From NCBI GenBank assembly GCA_023213395.1, contig CM041465.1, positions 182,411,741 to 182,475,740 on the forward strand: a stretch of 64,000 bases of DNA. Reading direction: 5' to 3'. The stretch is from Cycas panzhihuaensis (Eukaryota; Plantae; Cycadophyta). The notes beneath the pieces were generated by a model. That model had not been told where the DNA came from, ran no database searches, and was given only the letters and a program-made list of their open reading frames with translations. The translations under genes and the position numbers were made by a program. This document shows, piece by piece, positions 1-13,200 of this stretch; the first letter of the stretch is position 1, and each line of letters starts with the position of its first letter.

Positions 1-1510
1 TTTCATTGTCTTGTATGTAGATGACTTAGTGATCACTGGTAATGACACTAAGATGGTACAGATACTCCAGGATGACTTGAAGAGGAGATTAAGATGACAG
101 ATCATGGACTTCTCCATTATTTCTTAGGCTTTGAGGTATGGCAACAGCCAAGCTATATCTTCATCTCGCAAGCCAAATATTCTTGGGACATTTTGCAGCA
201 GTTCAAGATGCACGATTGCAGACCAGCGCCTACACCCATGGAGAATGGCACAAAGCTTACTCTCAATGAGGAAGAAGAACCAACAGATCCTACACTTTAT
301 CGGCAGTTGATTGGGAGTCTCATTTATCTCACCAACACTCGCCCTAACATCTCATTTGCAGTTGGGATTTGCTCTAGATACATGTCTCAACCCAATCACA
401 AGCATTGGAGTGCAGCTAAATGCATACTCAAATACATCAAAGGCACATTGCAATATGACTTTGAGTATGCACATGATGAGAACTTCACTCTAGAAGGATT
501 CTCAGATTCTGATTGGGCAAGTTGCCAGGATAGCAGGAGATCAACCTCGGGTTACTATTTTACCCTTGATTTAGCAGTTGTTTCGTGGAGTTGCAAGAAG
601 CAACCCAATGTTACCTTGTCCTCCACCGAAGCAGAGTACAAAGCTGCAGTCAACGTAGCTTGTGAAGCTATCTGGCTATGACGGATTCTTAGGGAGCTTG
701 GACTTGAGCAAGATCACCCCACTAGGATTTATTGCGACAATCAAAGTGTGCTCAAGTTGGCCAAGAATCTTGTCTTTCATGCAAGGACCAAACATATTGA
801 GATTCATCATCACTTCATTAGAGAGCATATGCAAAGTGGTGAGATCAACCTTTAGTATAGACCAATAGAGCAACAGACAGTAGATATCTTTACCAAGCCA
901 CTTGGTAGAGAAAAATTTGTAAAATTTAGAGATGGTCTAGGGGTCCGACTTAACATTATAAACAGTAAGAGGGGGTATTAAACCTTATGTTTACATGTTA
1001 AGCCTATGTGCTTTATTTTTCATGTAATATTTGTGCTTTAGGGGTGACTTATCACTTAAGTGATAAAGTGCACACCCACATTCTTTCCTAGTGACACAAC
1101 ATTGTCACTAAAGGCTCAAATGGACTCCCATGCACTTTTGCTCACTTGAGAGCCCAAAAGACACATGTCCTACATGCAAGGCATGTACCTTGGATGTCTG
1201 ACACTTGTCAAACATCCAATGCCTTAGGTCTCTCCTTTCACTCTATATATTGAGACCTCTTCTCATTGTTCTCATATAGAGTTGGAGCTGTATTGTTATG
1301 TTGCCAGTTTGCTAATCAAACTGATATTCATTTGGAGATTGGACCAATTCCATCTCTTCCCATTTGGTATCATTTGCTCACTCTCTTTGTGCTTTGATCT
1401 TGCTCATGTTAATCTTATTTTCATTGTTAGTCTAGATCTCTTGCTTTCTAGAAGTAGAGAGAATCTATCTTCTAGATCTTGGGTTTCATAGGCCTTTGGC
1501 ACTTTCAACA
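1..1510 (+). mobile_element. Element A: 3' part of a Ty1/Copia retrotransposon (RT, RNase H, PPT, 3' LTR); 5' part lies outside the window
   Basis: LYVDD at the window start, then RT/RNase H ORF 94-681 (SDSDWA, SSTEAEY). PPT AAGAGGGGG ~967-975. LTR 976-1510 (TA, decayed from TG, ...CA). Same family as element H (49046-56634). Confidence 0.93.
976..1510 (+). repeat. 3' LTR of element A
   Basis: Follows the PPT. Homologous (reverse complement) to the LTRs at 49046-49562, 56085-56634 and 41887-42420. Confidence 0.9.
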
Positions 1511-1801
1511 ACTAATGTACCATAGACTCAATATAAGTTTCCATGATGATTTGATTACATACTCTACGTCAACCATCTATTTATACAACATAGGTCATAC
1601 AAGAGATGTGACACGTGGGATAAATACCTCTAACCTAACCAATGACACTTCACCAACCTATTAACCAATGACCTTCTAACTTCCCACATAACATTATTAT
1701 AATGCATGACCCTTAGACTCTAATACTTAGGACTACAACTCTATTGACTCTTAGACACACTTTACATAGAACACATATATATTAAACATTATATTCTATC
1801 A
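1511..1801 (-). repeat. Partial LTR related to the element-I family, interrupted by element A
   Basis: Reverse complement aligns to the solo LTR 44350-44756 and to LTR 32233-32598. The terminus TGATAGAATATAATG lies at 1801 on the minus strand. Confidence 0.8.
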
Positions 1802-4800
1802 TCGTATAGTTGGTCCCCATAAAGAGGTTTGACATAATCTCCAATGTACGTTTCAAGGTTTCTTTCCTTAGGGATGATGATCCTATCTCCTAGACCTGAG
1901 TCTCTAGGGGTATGTCCTGCTGGTTCCTTTTCTATTTCCTCTAATTTGGCGCCAACCAATACTTGAAAAGAACCGATTGTTGGGTGGGTGTACCTCTAAA
2001 GAAGATGAGGAAGGATTACTACTTCCTTCCTCGGGTTGTAATAAGGGTAGGGATGGATAATCTACCTTTGGACCCACACCTAAGGCAGAGGAAGGGTTTG
2101 GGTTAGTATTAAATAATATAGAATTATGAAATAGACTAGGTATATTAGAAATAGGGGGATTTAGGTCAAGGGTTGGGGTTAAGTTCATATTATTTACTAT
2201 ACTACTTCCTATACTATCATTAGTCCCCATATAATCAAAGGATTTTAAATTATTGCCAATATCATCAGTTACACTTTTAGAAAGCAAATTACACCTATAG
2301 GAAGAAGAATTAACTTCATATGCATCTTGTAACCAATAATCCATGAATTTTGTTCCATTCTCATCATCGGAAGAGTTGTAGATTTCCCCGAACTAGGTAG
2401 GTTCCATCTCTTGAGAGCTAATCAACTTGGTTGGCTCTTCAATTGTATGATACAAGTTTGCTTCGTCAAAAGAGGACGTCGTTTCCTCGCTTGCTATAGT
2501 TGTGCTCGATGCGTCATCTGATATTATCTCAATAGAATTTTTCCCCAACATCGAGAGGACCACTTTCCTTCCTCCATCCGATAATGTAAATGTCACATCT
2601 CTCCAACTTTGGAGACACTGGGTTTTATACAGCCATGGGCAACCCAACAAGGCTAGATAAGGTGTTGCTCTTTTTCTGTTTCTACGATTGTAAAATTGAC
2701 TTGGACTGCGATTCCTGCCACATCCACTTTGATGTTGGTTACCTTCCCAACTGGTCTCACCAATAATTCATTTGCTAATTTCAATGAATAAGTTGTTACT
2801 TCCAACTTGAGACTTCCCAGCTTTTGCCATGTTGAGGTTGGTAAAATGTTCACTGTGCCTCCTCCATGCACAATTAGCCTTAAAGGTTTTTCTCCTAGCA
2901 CTATGATTGTAACCATCGGATCCAAGTTGAAAGATGGCATTATCTTTTTTAAGCTTTTGGTGATTTCTCACTGCTATAATATCCCTGCCTTAATCCAGTC
3001 TATCACTTGGTATAAGGAAATCATTAACTGCAATTGCTTTACTAGATTTTCCATTAACAACAACATACGATGGATGTCTTCCCTTGGTAGGCCTTTAAAT
3101 AATTCCTCCATTTGAACCAACTGAGGTTGCGCCTTCTGCTCTTCAAGTATTTTCTCCTTTCGTTTGTTTTTCCTGACATATACATGTTTTGTTTCCGGTT
3201 TGTCCATTGGTAACATTGTTTTAGTTTCTTGTTGGACTAGTTCTTCTAATACTTGTTTTGCCTGTTTGAATCGATCTATTTCTGTTTTCAGGTTTGGGTA
3301 TTCTTCATTCGTTCTCCCTTTGTGCTTATTTTGGAGTTTTACGTTCTTACTATTTTCTAGGATGATAGTTATTAAATTAGTTGCTTTTGCCTTCCCTTTA
3401 CATTCCTCTGTTCTATGCTCACTTGGCCCGCAATTGTTGCATACGAACGGTTTATGTTCATATTCCTATTTGGTTGGGCAATCCGATTTCCAATGCCCAA
3501 ATTGCAGACAAATCAAACACTTCCCCATTGGCTATTTTTTCTTTGAAGGTTCCTGCTTTCTTCTTGTTGTATATACATTTCGGGGTGGTTGCTCCCCCTT
3601 CCCCAACTCCGTCTTCTATAAGCTCTTCCCTTAGGGTTATAGAATCAGTCCCTTGTGTTGTGGCTATACATGTCACATATATGACACTACTTGTTGTTTT
3701 GGTGTATTCCACTCTTTTTTGGATTGATTTCACATTTATTAGTTGTATGCGAATTTTTTTCATATATATGGCACCATTTTTTGATTTTAAATTCCCGATC
3801 TCTCTTTTTCTTTACTTCTTCTTTCTCTTTCTTACTTTTCATCTCGAGTCTTGCAACCTCTTTCTTTAGAGCTTCAATTTCTGATTCCTTTTCTGAGATT
3901 CCCATTTGGCAGAGGGGTCGATTATGTTGGTTTTGTTTCATTTCGCTTATTTCTTCCTGTAGTCTCAGCAATAGGGGATCATGCCCTCCAGCTTGGGCAT
4001 CCATCTTTGCTTCGAAGTCCAATGCCAATTCCTGAGCATTTTTAAATGATTTTAGGGGATGCGCATGCATCATGGATCTCAATTTCTCGTTTAACCCTCT
4101 GACGAAGTAATTTTTCATGTTATGGTTTGTAATCATCTCATTAATCATGTTGGTGGCGATTATTTTCATACAATTGATGCAGGTTAGCATTGATTCACCA
4201 GGCCTTTGCTTGACTTCTCTAAGGACGATCTCCATAGCCTCATTACTTCAAAACTTCTGAAATCTTTCCTCAAATGACTTTTTTTTATTCGCCCATCTTT
4301 CCATTTTATTCAACTCTTTGTACCATGCCAATGGTACTCCTCTTAATGTGCAAGCAAATCTTGCCTTTATTTCATCCTCGTCTGTAATTTTCTTCACATC
4401 AATCAAATTCTGGAACAAGTACACGTGCTCTACTGCATCTAAGGTGTCGTTGAAGATTAGTTTCCCGAAATCCCTTGAATCATCCATCCTTGGTGACTGC
4501 ACTAGTGTCCTTTCTAGTGGCGATCTTTCTCCCTTTGGCTTGTCCAAAGGTTCTACTCCTTTTTCTTCTCCTTCCACTTTAGGTGATGTATTCAGGGTGC
4601 TTGGTGCAATGCTATCTTTCCCCAATAGAGGATTCTTGAATGGCATTTTTAAGTGTATTGGTTCTGGTACTCCTGCCACTTGTATCGTCAATGGTGTCAC
4701 CATTAGATACGATTGTTCAGACCCCTTGTCTGATGAATCCTCAAATAGTTGCCTTGTTAATTTATTTTCCCAATATGCTGAGGGACCTTCCTCCGCCTTC

Positions 4801-6155
4801 TTCTTGTTACCACTTAGGTCCTTCAGGGTATCATCCACACTTGTATATTCTTCCTTCTCTAGGGTGTCATTTTTGTTCCACATCTCCTCTTGGTTTTTCC
4901 TCCTTTTTTGGGTTTAAAAGGTCATACTTTATTGGAGCAGGTGTTAGTACCATTTGCTCACCATTATTTTCCTCTCCTTGTTCTTGAGGTGTCTGGTCTC
5001 CACTTGCCTTAGATTCTTCAACGGACTACCCCTTTGTCTCATTATTATATAGACTTAATCTTCTTGCCCTTCCTAATTTTGATTCCTTTGACCATCGTAA
5101 TGCCCTTTGTCTGCTTGTTTCTTTCCTCTTAGGTGGAGTATCCTTTTGTGGCTCTCTCACCCTTGAAGGCCTCTTAGGTGGCATTGGGAGGTCCCCTGAC
5201 TGTCGCAGGCTTAGTTACAATCCGTCATCATGACAATAGCTAGGGTCCTTTGTCCTTTGAACATTCTCCTCTTGTGAAAACTCTTGGTCCAGTCCCTCCT
5301 CAGTGGATATAGGCAATAGAACCAATGTTGACTTAAAGGTTCACTACACTTGTGAAAACTGACACTTGCCAAGGAATCACTGGTAATCTAGCTTAAGATA
5401 TAGTCAACATGCTTCATACACCCAAGGTTATCACATATTCACCCATAATTCAACACAATATCATCATAGATTACACACAACAATACATTAATCAACAAGT
5501 ATCCATTATGCAATCATCATGGTACGCATAAAACACAGTATTCCATGTAACTCTTCACTTTATTAAGCAATATGTCTTATACATTCAGTTCTGGAATGTA
5601 TCCTATATACATTCCAGTCGCATATATAGGATTTTGTCACATACGTCCCAAAAGGGAATGCATTTGCTGCAACTCTAATCTATACCACTTTCTTGGCTTG
5701 TCGGCTATCGTACTACCATGTGGAATGAATGCTCGGTTCTCACCGCTGGAATAGTCCTCAATGATCTCCTTAAATGCGTCCCTTTGATGCCTTTTGATGA
5801 AGGGTTATGACTCCCTATCATAACCATACATTTTCATTATTAATATAACGTTTCACTTAAACACGTGATTAGTCTCCTTTAATGGTGCCTTTTCCATTCG
5901 TACGTCTGTAATTATGTTCATCTGGGCTGATGTCATCATTCTTGGGTGCCTTTGGGTCGGACCTACTTGTGCGTACCTTGCTGTCTGCTAGTGTACGGAA
6001 AATGGTATGCACCTTGTGTTGCGTACCTGATATGGTATGCACCTATCATACGTACCCAAAATGCTCTTTTTCTTGCATTTTTCCATCGTGCGTACCTCTG
6101 TACAGTCCATACCTGCATTCCACTAGTCAATACAAGCTTACATTTCTTTGCCACA
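1802..6155 (-). mobile_element. Element B: degenerate Ty3/Gypsy (probably non-chromoviral); 5' LTR-like region, gag and protease
   Basis: gag starts MPPKRP at ~5184. Retrotrans_gag-like ORFs at 4248-4883 and 3687-4235. CCHC knuckle CLICLQFGHWKSDC at ~3480-3525. Aspartic-protease remnant 2640-2940 (GGGTVNILP...LGCPWL). LTR-like 5273-6155 is homologous to 17107-18222. Boundaries are approximate and no clear PBS was found. Confidence 0.72.
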
Positions 6156-7281
6156 TAGCTTATGTGTCAAATTATACCCTAGCAAATATTCTTTTAAGAA
6201 TATGGCAAGACTATTCTAAATGAAATATTTTCTTCTAACCTTAGAAACCTATAATTTTTTCCTCTAGATTTTCGGGCGACAATTGTCTCTATGTGGCATC
6301 TTAATTTTTCACATTCGATTTGATTTCTCTGCAGTGATTTATGCATTCAGGTGGATTTTTAATGGTCTTCGTGATAGATTTTCTGCATGTCCTCATGTTT
6401 GGGCAGATTCACTTCATCGTTTTTTTTTTATTTTTTGTTCCCCTATCTTTTGCGTCACTTTTTGGTAGGACAAATGCAAGGCTTCGTTCTTGAGTAGATG
6501 CGTGGCTTCATGGGCTTCGTTCTTGTGTGCTCCTAGATTTCATAGATTGGTTATGGAGTCTTTCTTATCTGGTGTTATTCACACATTGCTTGGCAAGCAT
6601 CTCACAACAAGGGCAATTCCTCTGACATGGCTAGGGTGCAATTTATATAATCCTCACGCAGTTATGGCATCACATGGTTAATGGACATGGTGCATATTTT
6701 CTTTGTTCACCAAACTAGGGCATCATGTGATTATATTTTTCTTTTGTTATGGCATTCGAAGACTGTAACATTTCCTTTTTCCTCTTCAAGCAATTCTTCT
6801 CAAGGCGGCTGCTAGGGCATTAGACTTCATATATCTTGAAAGTCCTCGATTTAAAATAGTGACTTGCAAGTGTTTGTCTTGATCGTAGTCTCTGATACTA
6901 TCTGATGTGCAATAGTGGGTGCTTATAGCCTCAAAGAATGTTATCCATTGAATAGAGATTGTTGAAGAGGTGATAGAATGAATTCTCTTCTATTATCTCC
7001 AAAATTTGGCTTACATCACATATACACACTCATTGATGTTTGTACAATAAGGTGCCTCTCATTTATATTGAGGGGTCAATAACCATTTGAAAAACTACTT
7101 ACTAATTGTCCATCTAATTGACTTAATTATCTTTGCTGACTCACTCATAACTATTTCACTAACTAACAATTGAAGTAATTGACTAACATTCTAACTTAAA
7201 TGTACTTCACATATAAATACAATAGTTTACACATAATATTACACAACATTAAAACATATGGATGAGTGATACTCATCATCA
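6156..7281 (-). mobile_element. Element C: 5' LTR, PBS and leader of an LTR retrotransposon, interrupted by element B
   Basis: LTR 6903-7281 with TGATG...CATCA termini. Degenerate tRNA-Met PBS (TAGTATCAGAGA) at 6889-6900 on the minus strand. The LTR abuts element D exactly at its KEPST motif. Confidence 0.6.
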
Positions 7282-10200
7282 GAAGTGGAAGGCTCTTTTA
7301 CATTCAGTACTTGTGAGAGTAAAATTGACTTGTTGTGTGTGTTTCATCTTGCATTTCCACTTCCCTTCTATCTCAAGCAATTATGAATCAACAACTGTTT
7401 TCAAGTACCACTTGGGCAACTTCTTTAGAGAAGGAACGACTTCAAGCTGAGTATTTTGATTGCTATTTGGTTTAAACTCTATAATTTGTGTTCAAGATTT
7501 TGGTGGTTTCTTGATTTCTTTCCGTTTGTCCTATTTCAGCTGTAATGCACCCAAGTCAATCCTTTTGTCACCTTCTTCAAAGATGATATCCCAAGTTGTA
7601 TGCACCTTTTCAGTTTTTAATTCATATACACTATAAAATTTGCTTACCTCATTGTAACCAATGAAAACACACTTGGAACTTTTATTATCAAAATTTTGAA
7701 GCTTCTCCTTTGTAATGTGTGCATGTGTAGTACAATCAAAGATTCTGAGATGGCTTATTATAGGCTTTCTTCTTGACCATGCCTCCTCAGAAGTTACTAT
7801 ATTTCTAACAAACTTTGTGGAACTCCTATTTGTCAGATAAGTTGTCTTCATGGCTTCCACCCAAAATATCTCATGTAGACTTTTGGCTTTTATCGTTGAC
7901 CTGGCTTTCTCCACAAGAGTCCTATTCATCCTTTTTACTAGTCCATTTTATTGAGTGGTATGCAGAGTTGTAAACTACCTCTTGATTCCATGGTTCTTAC
8001 AATATTGTTCAACCTCCTTTGAGATGTCTTTTCCACCAGTATCTGATCTTAGTGTCTTCAACTTCCTTTCAATCTCATTTCTAGCTTCTTTAAATTCTTT
8101 GAATATTTTGAAAGCTTGTGACTTATCTCTTATGAAGGTGACCTAGATCCTTCTAAGAAATCATCAATAAAGGTTAAAAAATACTCAATACCTTCAAGCG
8201 ATGTTATTGGCATTGGGCCATATAGATCAAAAGGCATCAAGGCCATTTTTTCCTTTACTTTCTAAGCCTTACCTTTCTCAAGCTTTTCCCTGTGTTGTTT
8301 GCCCATTATGCAAGCTTCAAGAAAACATCTATCAATTGGTATTTTGGTCAACCAGGCACCATATTTGGTCTAAACATCAACAACTTGAGAGAGGAATAAT
8401 TCAAATGCACCATGCAATTATGTCATAATTGATCTTTTGGAGGCAGATTAGTAATAAAGGCTTTTTGATCTCCAGATTTCCCTTTTAACTTATAAAGGGC
8501 ATCATCCTAAGTACCTATTGTCACAAATGTTTTCATTTTGTCTCTTATTATGCATTGGCTATTTTCAAAATGAATACTCATATTCTTCTTCACGATTTGG
8601 CTGACAATGATCAAATTCTTTCTTAACCTAGGTACACATAGAACATCATTGATGTAGTTGTTAGCATTTATCAAATTTCTACCAATTCCTTCAATTGGTA
8701 ACATAGAGCTATTTGGAAGTGCGACCGATTCATCCTTGGAGTCATTCTTATTCTAGAATCACTCATGCTTATTTGTCATGTGTTGGGTTTCTCTTGCGTC
8801 AATGTACCAAGACTCTTCAACATTGTGCTTTGATTGACAAGTTGCAACAAAAAGTTGTTTGAAGCGTTCCTTCTACGTATTAGGTTGACTTACTAAAGAT
8901 CAAATTAGATGATCACTTAAGTGTGTTAGGGCTGACCTCAAATAGTCTAGGATACTCTTAATTCTGGCTGACTTCTAATAGGGATTTCGGTCGACTTAAG
9001 CTACCCTTTCTAGCCAGCCTACACTCCTCTTTTTTGGCCATCCTTTATCTAGATTTTATCTCGCCTATATAAAGAGATATTGGGGCTCATTCTAGATCAT
9101 TAGAACCAAAGTCTTGGTTGCTGTATTTTTGGCCTTACAGCTACATTTTCTCTGGAGGAAGCCTCGCCTCAAAGAGGGAAGTATTACCAAGTGTTATCAT
9201 TTGTACTTCATAATTTTATCAGTGCTTTCAATTATTTATAGATATTAACCATAGATATTTTATAATTCTTTAAATTTTTGGTATCAAAGCTATATTTTGT
9301 GTATTTGTTCTACTTTTGCTCTCTTTGCCTTCCAAAAGACTATGTAGGTGCGTTACAAGTGGTATCAGAGCTTCATTGGAAGCTATCTTGGGGAGAATTT
9401 TTGTTAGTTTAGTAAGGAAAATCAAGGGAAAAAGAGAACAAAATTTTCCCTCCCACCCTTCCCTAAATTTTCACATTGTGTCCCTAAATGGAGTTAAGAT
9501 CTAAGAGAATCTTACAGCAGAGCAAGATGGTGAACACTGATATCAATAGGAGATATAAGTAGTCAGGTGGACAAATTGAATGATAACATAGCATCCCTTG
9601 GGGCTTCAGTGGCAAGCATAACTAGGAGGTTGGACCTAATATTACCAGAGGGAGAATCCTCGGGTGTAGAAAAATCCCTAGGGTTCAAAGTAATTAGCAA
9701 AGAATTCCAAGAACAAAGGAACCAAAGGGACTACCAACAAAGGAAGCAAAGAAAGATTGACGAAGGATTTCAGGAACATAGAAACCCAAGAGACTTTCAA
9801 CAAAGGAACCTGAGGAATTTTGACTCAGATAATTATCTCAGGGGAACAAAATTTACATTGAAAAAGTTTGACCTAGACAGATCAAGGGGCATCCGAAGCT
9901 GGATACTGTAGATGGAAACCTACTTCCAGGTATACAAATTATCCAACAATGACAAAGTGTTGACAGCTTCTCTCCACTTGTACGAGAAAGCTTTGAAATG
10001 GTTTCATTGATGGAGGAAAGTCCACGCGGATATCTCCATCGAATCTTGGGATTCTCTAAAGGCAAGGTTGATAGACCAATACGAAGACTCATGGAATACA
10101 TACTACTTCACCCAACTGACTCAACTACAACAAAATGGAACAGTTCAAGCATACATGGAACAATTCCAAGCTCTCCAATGTTTAGTCATCGATTGCATAC

Positions 10201-13200
10201 CAACCAAATGCATCGCATAGACGTACATCAGTGGGTTCAAAGGTTGCATCAGTTATTGCATTAAGACAATGGGGGCCACCAATATAAGAGAAGCAATCAC
10301 ACTCGCAAGGAATATTGAAGTTGAGTTTAGGGAAAGTAGACCTACTTACATTTGTTGAAGTGAACCAACATTTTACCAAAACTTTGGCTCCAACCTCAAT
10401 TGGACCAAGTGAGGGGCAAAAGCAGACCCACCAATCGCAAGAAGGAGCACAAATGAAACAAGTGGAGTATCAAGAGACGAGCATCTTAAGAGGAACCTGT
10501 TTTAAGTGTGGATGAAAAGGGAATAAAGACCATCAATGCCCAACAAAAAAGGTCTTTATGCTCCAAAATGAAGAGATGATTGTCCCAAAAGAAGAAGAAG
10601 AAGGAGAAGGAAAGACTCCAGAAGAAAATGAGGAAGCCAAAGTAGAGGAACTTCTAGATTTGGACACTGAGAACCTGTAGATATCACTGCAGGATATCAC
10701 AGGACAAAGTAACGCCCCTCAAACATTATAGTTCTAGGGGTTAATCTAAGGGACACCAATTGGCATTCTAATTGATAGCGAGAGTACTCACAACTTCATC
10801 AATCAACCAACAATAGAGAAATTGGGATTACTCATAAAAGCACTCAATGCTTTCCAGGTTGCCATTGCCAACGGAAAATCCATGACACATGAAGGATATT
10901 GTCAAAAGGTGAACCTGTAGATTAAATATTATTCGATAACCACCTGCATGTTTACAATGCCAGTAGGAGGAGTTGATGCCGAGTTGGGGATCCAATGGTT
11001 ACAAACACTAGGGAATGTGGTCATAAGCTACAAAACATGATTCATGAGCTTTCACCAAAAGGGGCGTCGTTATATGCTACAAGCCCCTCCACACCTCCAA
11101 TATAGCTGGTATCATCGCATTGTATGGAGAAGATGCTGAAGAAGAATCCATCTGTGTATATAATGACATGTTATAAGATTGCAATAGAAGATATTCTGGC
11201 CAAAGTATAGAAAATCATAGATCAATATATAGTTCAATATTTGAGGAACCCCTGTTGGGGCTTCCCCCAAATCATGGATGCCAACACGCCATCAAACTAG
11301 TACCGGAGTAGCACTAGTAAACATTCGTCCATATCGCCATCCTTACTATCTTAAGAGGGAAATCGAGCAAATAATTGGGGAGCTTTTGTGGGAAGGAAGT
11401 ATTGAAAACAACACCAGCCCATTTACATCTCTAGTCACATTAAAATGGAAAAAGGATTGGACTTATCGTATGTGCGTCGATTATAGGGGCCTAAACAAAA
11501 TTACGATTAAGAATCGCTATCCCATCCCATGGATAGATGACTTATTGGATGAAATACACGAAGTAAAGTATTTCTCAAAAATCAACCTTTGATTAGGATA
11601 TTATTAGATCCGCATCAAAGCAGAAGACATACATAAGACAACATTCTACACTCATGAAGGATTGTTTGAATTTAGAGTTATGTTGTTTGGTCTAACTAAT
11701 GTCCTGACAACCTTCTAGAGCACCATGAACACCATACACAAAACTTTCTTATGGAAATTTGTGTTAATTTTCTTTGATAACATCTTAATTTACAACTCAA
11801 CATGGAAGGAGCATTTAGAGCATATCAAAGCTATTTTATAGATTCTAAAGACCAATTAGATTTTTGCTAACAAGAAAAAATGCACCTTCGGAAAAATGGA
11901 GCTCGGATATCTAGGATACATCATCACACAAGAGGGGATTAGGATGGACCCCAAGAAAGTTCAAGCTATCATCAACTGGCCGATCCCTAAGAATATGACA
12001 AGGGTCTAGGCTTTTCTAGGCGCAACTAGATTTCTTTGGAAATTTATTAAAGATTACACCCACATTGCATCACCTTTAACAGATCTCACTAAGAAAGATG
12101 CTTTTAGTTGGAACTCCATCGCAGGGGATGCTTTTCAAGATCTCAAAAAGGCCATGATTATTACCCCTATGCTTGTAACTCTAGATTTCTCCCAACCTTT
12201 CACTTTAGAGTGCGATGCATCAGGAATAGGGATAGGGGTAGTCCTCCTTCAAAATGAGTGACCACTAGCATACGAAAGTATGAAATTAAACAACAGGGAG
12301 TGACTGAAACCTATCTATGATAAAGAGATGGTTGCAATTATGCATGTTGTCCACCAATGGCGTCAATACTTGCTTGGCAATAAATTCGTGGTCAAAATAG
12401 ATCATGATAGCCTCAAGTATTTTCTCAACTAGAAAAATCTTTTGGATGAATAACAAAAATGGGTTAACAAGCTTCAAGCATTTGATTTCAACATCGAATA
12501 CAAAAAAGAGAAGGAAAATGTTATTGCAGATGCATTATGATGGATGCTAGAGGACAACAAGGGAGAAATCTCATTACAAGCAATGTCATTATCCACTCTT
12601 AGCTGGACGGGCGAACTAATCTAGGACTACCAAAGCGACCCTCTCTACTAGAAGATATTGAAGGAGATTAAGAACCAAGAAGATACCAAGTACGAGCTAT
12701 GGGGAGATTTAATTCTATGGAAGGGAAGAATACTTATTCTAAGCTCCTCCAAGCTAAAGGAGAAGGTACTAGGGGAAGTCCACTTCGTCCCAAGCGCAGG
12801 ACACATGAGAATCGATAAAACCTATCGTAGGATACAGAGCTTTTTCTTTTGGAAGGGAATGAAAGCCAATGTTCTCAAATTCGTAGCAGGATGTGACTCT
12901 TGTCAAAGGAATAAAAGTGAGAACACAAAAAGTCCTGGATTGCTCCAACCTTTACCAATCCCACAATAGAAATAGGAAGAAATCTCAATGGATTTCATCA
13001 CAGGCTTGTCACAGTTGGAAGGCAAAGATGCCATTTTTTTGGTTGTTGATTGGCTCACAAAGTATGCACATTTTAGGGGAATACAATCCACCGCCAAGGC
13101 AAGCCAAGTAGCAGAAATATTCATGAAAGAAATACATCACTTGCATGGTCTTCCCGGGGTTACAGTCAACGATCACGATCCAAAGTTTACGAGTCATTTC

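Noticed and set aside
3164-4987. Long plus-strand hydrophobic ORFs (3164-3634, 3381-3869, 4318-4917)
   Set aside because: Antisense shadows of the purine-rich gag of element B.
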